A stretch of 61,608 nt of DNA from assembly GCA_905331295.1 (NCBI GenBank), contig CAJNYD010000345.1, positions 1 through 61,608 on the forward strand. Reading direction: 5' to 3'. Both the position numbers and the translations under genes were made by a program. The notes beneath the pieces are model-generated. The model was given only the letters and a program-made list of their open reading frames with translations, made no database searches and was not told where the DNA came from. Below are positions 55,450 through 61,608 of this stretch, piece after piece. The stretch comes from Rotaria socialis (taxonomy: Eukaryota). The stretch's first letter is position 1. Every line of letters starts with the position of its first letter.

Positions 55450-56399
55450 ATTATATCATTGTATAAAATATTTTTCTTGTGTAGTTCACGCAAAGTTTCT
55501 AATGCCATTGTTTTTTCTTGTTTGAAATATTCATCGAAATGCTTCCATACATATGCCACATAACTTATAGCAAGTTATATAAAAACAATTTAACTTCTTC
55601 AAATGTTCTGATGCAATTCTGTTTGGCATATAAATTTCTTGCAATGGTTTCAAATGTTTTTATAATTTCTACTCCTTTTTTTAATTGTATCATTATCTGG
55701 TTTTTTAATAATATCACAGACGTTGGTTCCACATTCTTTATCGCTAACAGCAGCTGATTCATCGACCTCACCCTCTTCTTGGTCTTCTTCTAGTTCGTCC
55801 TCATCAGAATTATTTCCTTTATCACCCAGGTCCACCACTCAGATTGCCTGAAAGATGACACTAAACTGTCAAGAAACGGCATACTATTGCCCTAAACGAT
55901 GAAAAACTTCCACCGCTTTTCACCGTTTTCCGGCAGCTCGGATTATGGATCGCTTTTCATTGGAACGTTAACGACGCCGTTTAAGACCATTTCTGATGAC
56001 ATTATTCTCGCTTGATATCATGTAAGAATGTATTTGATTATTGATTATGATTATTTACAAATAGCTAATATAGCCAAGCAAAGCAAAGAATATACTATGG
56101 AAGATATTCTTTGCTGTCTTGTGAAAAATTCATACACAATAAAATTGATACTAAAACAAATTGCCGAAGAGCTATAAACATCAGAAAAAAATAAAGTCAA
56201 CGATATCCTTTAATCGTGTAGCTTAGATCATGCATTTCAGTAAATTATACAAAAATCCTATTTCGGTGTTTATTATGATAGGTTGTAATTAATCACATAT
56301 CTACCGTCAGCAAAAAATAAAAAATATTCATATGAAAAATCTTGTTTTTATTCAAGTCATTATTTTTTGAAAACAGTTAAAATGTTTAATGGTAAATAT

Positions 56400-56697
56400 C
56401 CCAGGTCGATCATTCCGGCCATCGGATACTGTAGGAACTGGCCGAAAAGATGCAGCAAAATCGCCGTATCCCTCGGGGAAAATACAGTAAGTCGCTTGAA
56501 CTGGGAAGCAGTATTCCGAACAGAAAATTTTCGGATTTTTTCTCGATGATTTACTACAGGCTCCTGTCGGAAAGCACTGGAAGTTGACTGAAATCCACTG
56601 GGGAAAGATCCAAAAATTTTCGATCCGAATACTGCTTCCGTCTTTCAGCAATTTTTAGTGTTTTCCGGCCGTTTACCCTGTACTGTCACGACCTGGG
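56400..56697. mobile_element. 298-bp MITE with CCCAGGTCG TIRs and an internal inverted repeat
   Basis: TAT|CCCAGGTCG...CGACCTGGG|TAT. Internal GGAAGCAGTATTC...AAAATTTTCGGAT pairs with ATCCAAAAATTTT...GAATACTGCTTCC. GC-richer than the flanks. Confidence 0.85.
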
Positions 56698-58966
56698 TAT
56701 ACATCAAAAATGTTTTAAATTCGTCGAAACAGTTCAAGCCTTTGTTTGATGATGAATTATTCGAATATTAATTTCCTGATTTCAAAAATATTATCTAAAA
56801 ATATATTCAATTTTTTCATGAAAAATTTTCAAAATAACAAATTTATCTACTTTTGATATGCTGAAACTCATTGATTATATCATTCATGGATATTGTATAA
56901 ATCTCTTTAGCAATTGAATTACAGTGATAAATATAATACAGATCATGAGGCGTGTTAAAATCAAACGATACATTATCCAATACAACACTTTTGTTAATTT
57001 TCTTGATAAGTATTATATAATAACAATTTCTTTAGCATTATTTTATAATGAGTAGCCATACTATTGAGAAAAAACTATTCTTCCGATGCAAATAACTTTT
57101 TTCTATTGGTATTTTTTAGTTTGATGACATGTATTCAAGTTATTTTTATTTGTTCAACTTCTTGATTTAAACAACAGTCGGGTCATTCAATAAGAGTATA
57201 ATATTAGAAAAGAAGAGAACTTCAGACTTTAAGTTTGACTTCTCAATAGGAGTAATGAGTGTGAATTGACAATGCAAACAATCAATAATTTTCTTGCTAT
57301 TCTTGAATGAAGTATATACTGATATGTTGAGGCTTATGTTTTCCCCCAAGGATCATATGATTGTTAAACATCTTGAAATCTAGATTTGAGTTTTCAAAAT
57401 AAAGAGTCTTAGCAATCATATGCTGTATTACATTAGTTTTTTTCTGATATTATTGTTGTATGTACACAAATTTTAATCTTTTACTTTCTTTTATCAAATT
57501 AATAAGTTTTGAAAGCGCCCCTGCCAGTTAATCATCCATAGATCCATCAGGTTTCTTGTCTCATTCGTCATTGAGAACTTATTCTTCTAAAAATCTTACT
57601 ATTTGTTAAAGTTCTATTCGTTAATCTTGAATCTATATTTAATATTGGGTACTCCTTCTCTCGAACAACTTCATTTATTTATTCACACATCTAAACTTAT
57701 GTAAAAAAAAAAGAATTCATTCAAGTTTCTTTGGTTAAGATAAACAATAATGAAATGTCGAATATCACAGTTTCTTTGTTTTAATAAATTATTTTTTTGA
57801 TTGATTTCAAAAATCAATCACGATGAATTGAAATATAGTATTTCACTATTTAATCAAACGAATTTATAGTCATTTTCAATTAATCTTGCATGTTCATCAG
57901 TTGTTCATTAAAACCTTAGATAGAAAACTTCAAAAGTTTTATCAAGTAAATGATTATGGTGTAGCTGATGAAGAAAATGTTCTGTAAAATCAAAGATTGA
58001 ATCTAATGTTTATTGGAGCCTGACCCATGAATGTCTTTTTTTCTACTTTTTTAAAACTAAAATCATAACTACTAAAACATGAACTTTACTAAATCAACAT
58101 TTAATCACTTATTCTTTGTACTTGTTTTTCGTATTTACTTTGTTAAAAAATATAAACGAGTCATTGTATATTTTTGCTCTATCATTTTTAGTAGCTTATA
58201 TCCCTCATAGATTATATCATAGTTGTTCAGAAAATTAATATAATTTATGAGTTTAAAAAATGATGCGATGAACTAAGGAAAAAGGCAAGTATATAAAATC
58301 TGGAACTAAGTTAGCTAATTTTTGAAGATTTTAAACTTGATTTATAAAACTACGCTGATTCAATTTGCTATGAACCAAATGGTTGTTAATTTGTATTTCG
58401 ATATTTTTTATTTCTACAAAGATTGAATGTGGATCTTTATTTCGATACTTTCTAAACCACATGTCTTTTGTTTGACTTTTGTTGTTCAATGGCGACATTA
58501 CAATACAAGTTCTGTGAAATAAGAGAGTAATAGTCTTGTTTTAAAATATATTTTCTCTAAGTAAAAATAACAAATGAATATTCTATCATTATATTAATTT
58601 TAGTTTTAAATCATGAATTCACTATAATCGAACATTCCTACTCTCGAATTGAGACTATTTTAAAAAGAGCAATTTTAAAAACTTAATAGAGCGTTCAAGA
58701 TCTCATCTTAGAATGACAGCTTACTCAGTTTCTTGTAGAGTATTATAATCTAAATGAAACATTAAATTAAGACTATCTGTTATAAAACACAATAAGAGCT
58801 TTATTTTTTCCACTACATGCTGTCGACTTTTTCGCTCTTCTATTATGATTCATCGATGCACCCTCGATAAAGTTAGATATATATTATACGTACATATATC
58901 TAACTTACAAATCATCTATTCATTTTTCGCTTGCATTTTCTTTGAACAACATATCGTTTCAATAGA

Positions 58967-60027
58967 ATGATGGAAATAAATCGAAACTGTCTAACAACGT
59001 CATCGCTTGATGAATTAAAATCAACTATATTTACGCCAAAAGGACGATCATCATCAACCACTTCTAATGAATTAAATAGTGAAATTAATCCTAATGTATA
59101 CGCGATTAATCTATCGCATATAACAGGCATTCATACACCAATAAATAGTTTATCATTTAATGAACAACTACGTCTTGAACGTGACATAGCTCATCAATCA
59201 TCAGCTATAACACGAGATTCGTTTACAACAACTTATTCAAATTTACAAACGATGCTTTCACAGATGCAATTAAAAGTTGCTGCAGCATTTCTACAAGAAA
59301 CTGAATATTTACAACAACGTGAACAAAGACTTGAATATGAAGAAAAATTATTAGTCGAACGTAATAAACAATTAGAAAATCTGCGTCATGAACGAGAACA
59401 CATGGAAGAAGATTTCATTCAAATTAAAAATCGTCTTGAATTAGCTGTTATTCAAGTTACAAAATTCAAAACAGATGGAGTATATCTATTGAATTTTCTT
59501 TTATCGAATAATATTTTCATATTACTTTTTTTTTTATCTCTATCAAATTTTAGGCAGAAATTTTACAAACATTATTTTCGGAAGCTCGTCAAATAGACGA
59601 AGAATTATCTGAACTTATATCTCAATCGATGGCATCGCTTGTTCGTACACGATCGATAATCAATGATAAAACAAATAATTTTATGCAAAAGTCAGATGAA
59701 ATTCGTTTAGAATTCAATGATCGTACAACATTAATGCGTAATACTGAATCAGCTATAACAATGATGCTTGAATTAGTTAATACATTAAATCAATTAAATA
59801 TTGAACATTCTCAAGATCTTTCCATTGCTAAAATAGATTTCGATAAAAAGAACCAAGATTTTATTGATTTATCACAAACAATAAAATTTAATTGGAGTGT
59901 CAAAAAAGAAATCGAACAAATACGTTTATTAGAAAACGAAAAGATTCAAGCACAAAAAGAACTATTAGAACAAACACTATTACTTGAAAATCTTAAAACT
60001 GTTTTAGGACAAGCGATCATTTCTTAA
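58967..60027 (+). CDS. Hypothetical coiled-coil protein; one intron (~59480-59553)
   Basis: GGA|gtatat...ttttag|GCA joins the two ORFs in frame. Long E/Q/L/K heptad-rich stretches. No family recognised. Confidence 0.75.
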
Positions 60028-61039
60028 TATATATGTACATATTATTTTTAGTTGTCCTTTTAAACTGTTTGTTACTTTGTTTTTGTTATTATGTGAACAT
60101 ATTATATTTCATTTATTTGATTATAACAGGAAAAAAATGCTACTTCACAAATTATTTTCTCATATTATTATTCACAGTATTTCAGAGATAAAAAGAATTT
60201 AACGACTGTTTTAAAGAGCTCAAGTAGATTGATGCAAAAGATTTATTTTCGTCTGACAGAGATTGAGGAGTAATTCGAATTATGAAATTTATTTCTCTTT
60301 CTAATAAATCAAGAAATTATGAGTACTAATTTAAATCTTCGAAAGTACATTTCTTCTTTTAATAAATATCTTTGAAACTTGTTTTTGCATTTACATTTAA
60401 AAAATCAATCATATTTATATTTAAATCAAAGAACAGATATATATATCTATCTTATCTTCAAAAATATTCGAATAATTCATTCACATGAAGATATATGAAT
60501 ATTAAATCTACATTCTGATCGAAATGGCGTCAACATTTTTCCAGGACAATTCTTGCTAATAAATATTATTGCAACATATAAAATCAGAATGATGATCAAT
60601 TTAATGTTAATTCTATGTTTACAATACTATTAAATTTCAGAATTATATGTATCAGCTATGATTTTGCTTAACACGCTATTATTCTTGTCGACAATGAAAT
60701 ACTATTTAAATAGATAGATCTAAAAGATCAGTTTGTAAATATTTTTCATTTAAATTTTATTATTTAATGCGAATCAGAATAAAAACTGCTCAATTGAGAA
60801 GGCTATTTAGACCATTCGATAGTATTCAGTATACGAAGCTATTCATTTTAGATTTAAACTATTTTTTGCTTGAAAATGAACATGAAACTGCAAAAAATAC
60901 GCTTCAGTATTAGACATAGATCATGACCGTATTTATTGACTATCTTGTTCGTTTTTATTCCTCTCGATGATTTCAATGCTAAGAATTTTTAATCAAAATA
61001 TTTAACCTTGATTGATTTTGAAAATATCCACTAATGCTA

Positions 61040-61608
61040 CCGGGTGTTGCAAAAGTTTTGCGACATCTCGAAAAATGTATTTTATTTCTATAGAACAAGG
61101 AGTAACAATGTAACAACAAAGTGCTTGAAACACTACAAGAGGGTGTGACGAACATAGAGAGTGTCGCCTATGCCCGTCGGCATGATGGTGTATTGTGTCA
61201 TCTGCACATCTCTAGTCGTACATTTCCTTTAGTTGCATTCCCTTATATACGCGAGAGCGATCACACTTGGGCGGATATAGACAAAGAGGGAATGGTCACG
61301 CAATAGAACAATGAGAGTTCATCAGGTCAATGCACAAACATAGGATACAGCGAAGAGGATAAAGTACATAAAGTGAGCCGTAACGGTAAATACCGCTACA
61401 GAGGGTATTACTAAACCTAGCAATGTTCATCAATAATGAGTTCACCATTATGTCTTTCCACCGATCACACTCGTCGAAGAAAAACACTGATCGTGTCCCG
61501 TACATAATTAACATCAATTTTTTTCGTTGCCTTTTCTATTTCTCGACGCAAATCATTAATTGTTTTGACTTTATAATAATCCACGTTGTTGGATATACTG
61601 TTCCAAAT
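61040..61608 (-). mobile_element. 3' portion of a Tc1/mariner-superfamily DNA transposon, cut off by the window edge
   Basis: Terminus TA|CCGGGTGTTGCAAAAG at 61038-61055, with a transposase C-terminus on the minus strand. Confidence 0.8.
61417..61608 (-). pseudogene. Tc1/mariner transposase C-terminus with in-frame stop
   Basis: IWNSISNNVDYYKVKTINDLRREIEKATKKIDVNYVRDTISVFLRRV*SVERHNGELI resembles the segment that follows SPDLNP.D in DDD/E transposases. TGA at 61465-61467. Confidence 0.75.

Noticed and set aside
1..61608. CRISPR arrays, rRNA/tRNA genes or prokaryotic operons
   Set aside because: None seen; the window is intron-containing eukaryotic DNA.

Overview
AT-rich eukaryotic (metazoan) genomic DNA with short GT-AG introns, mostly 50-70 nt. 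Composition, intron size and gene mix suggest a bdelloid rotifer; this is an inference, not provable from the window. I spliced the exons by hand and found 14 protein-coding genes: NAPRT, semaphorin-5, a small uncharacterised protein, two membrane orphans, ASPP, an N4BP1/KHNYN-like NYN ribonuclease, a disordered candidate PP1-docking protein, a non-animal-type GH29 alpha-L-fucosidase, SPATA22, a Polycomb-type chromobox gene, an F-box/LRR gene, an FPPS-family prenyl synthase and a coiled-coil orphan. There is also a probable decayed DEAH-helicase pseudogene, several MITEs and the 3' end of a Tc1/mariner transposon. Highlights: (1) an intact meiosis-specific SPATA22; (2) only 126 nt between its stop and the Polycomb ATG, with AATAAA then a splice acceptor in the gap, an operon-like layout; (3) an intron-containing fucosidase that is a horizontal-transfer candidate; (4) an FPPS with a natural Phe-to-Ala change at the chain-length site; (5) an alternative basic N-terminus on NAPRT. 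All homology calls are by eye from remembered family motifs; no searches were run.
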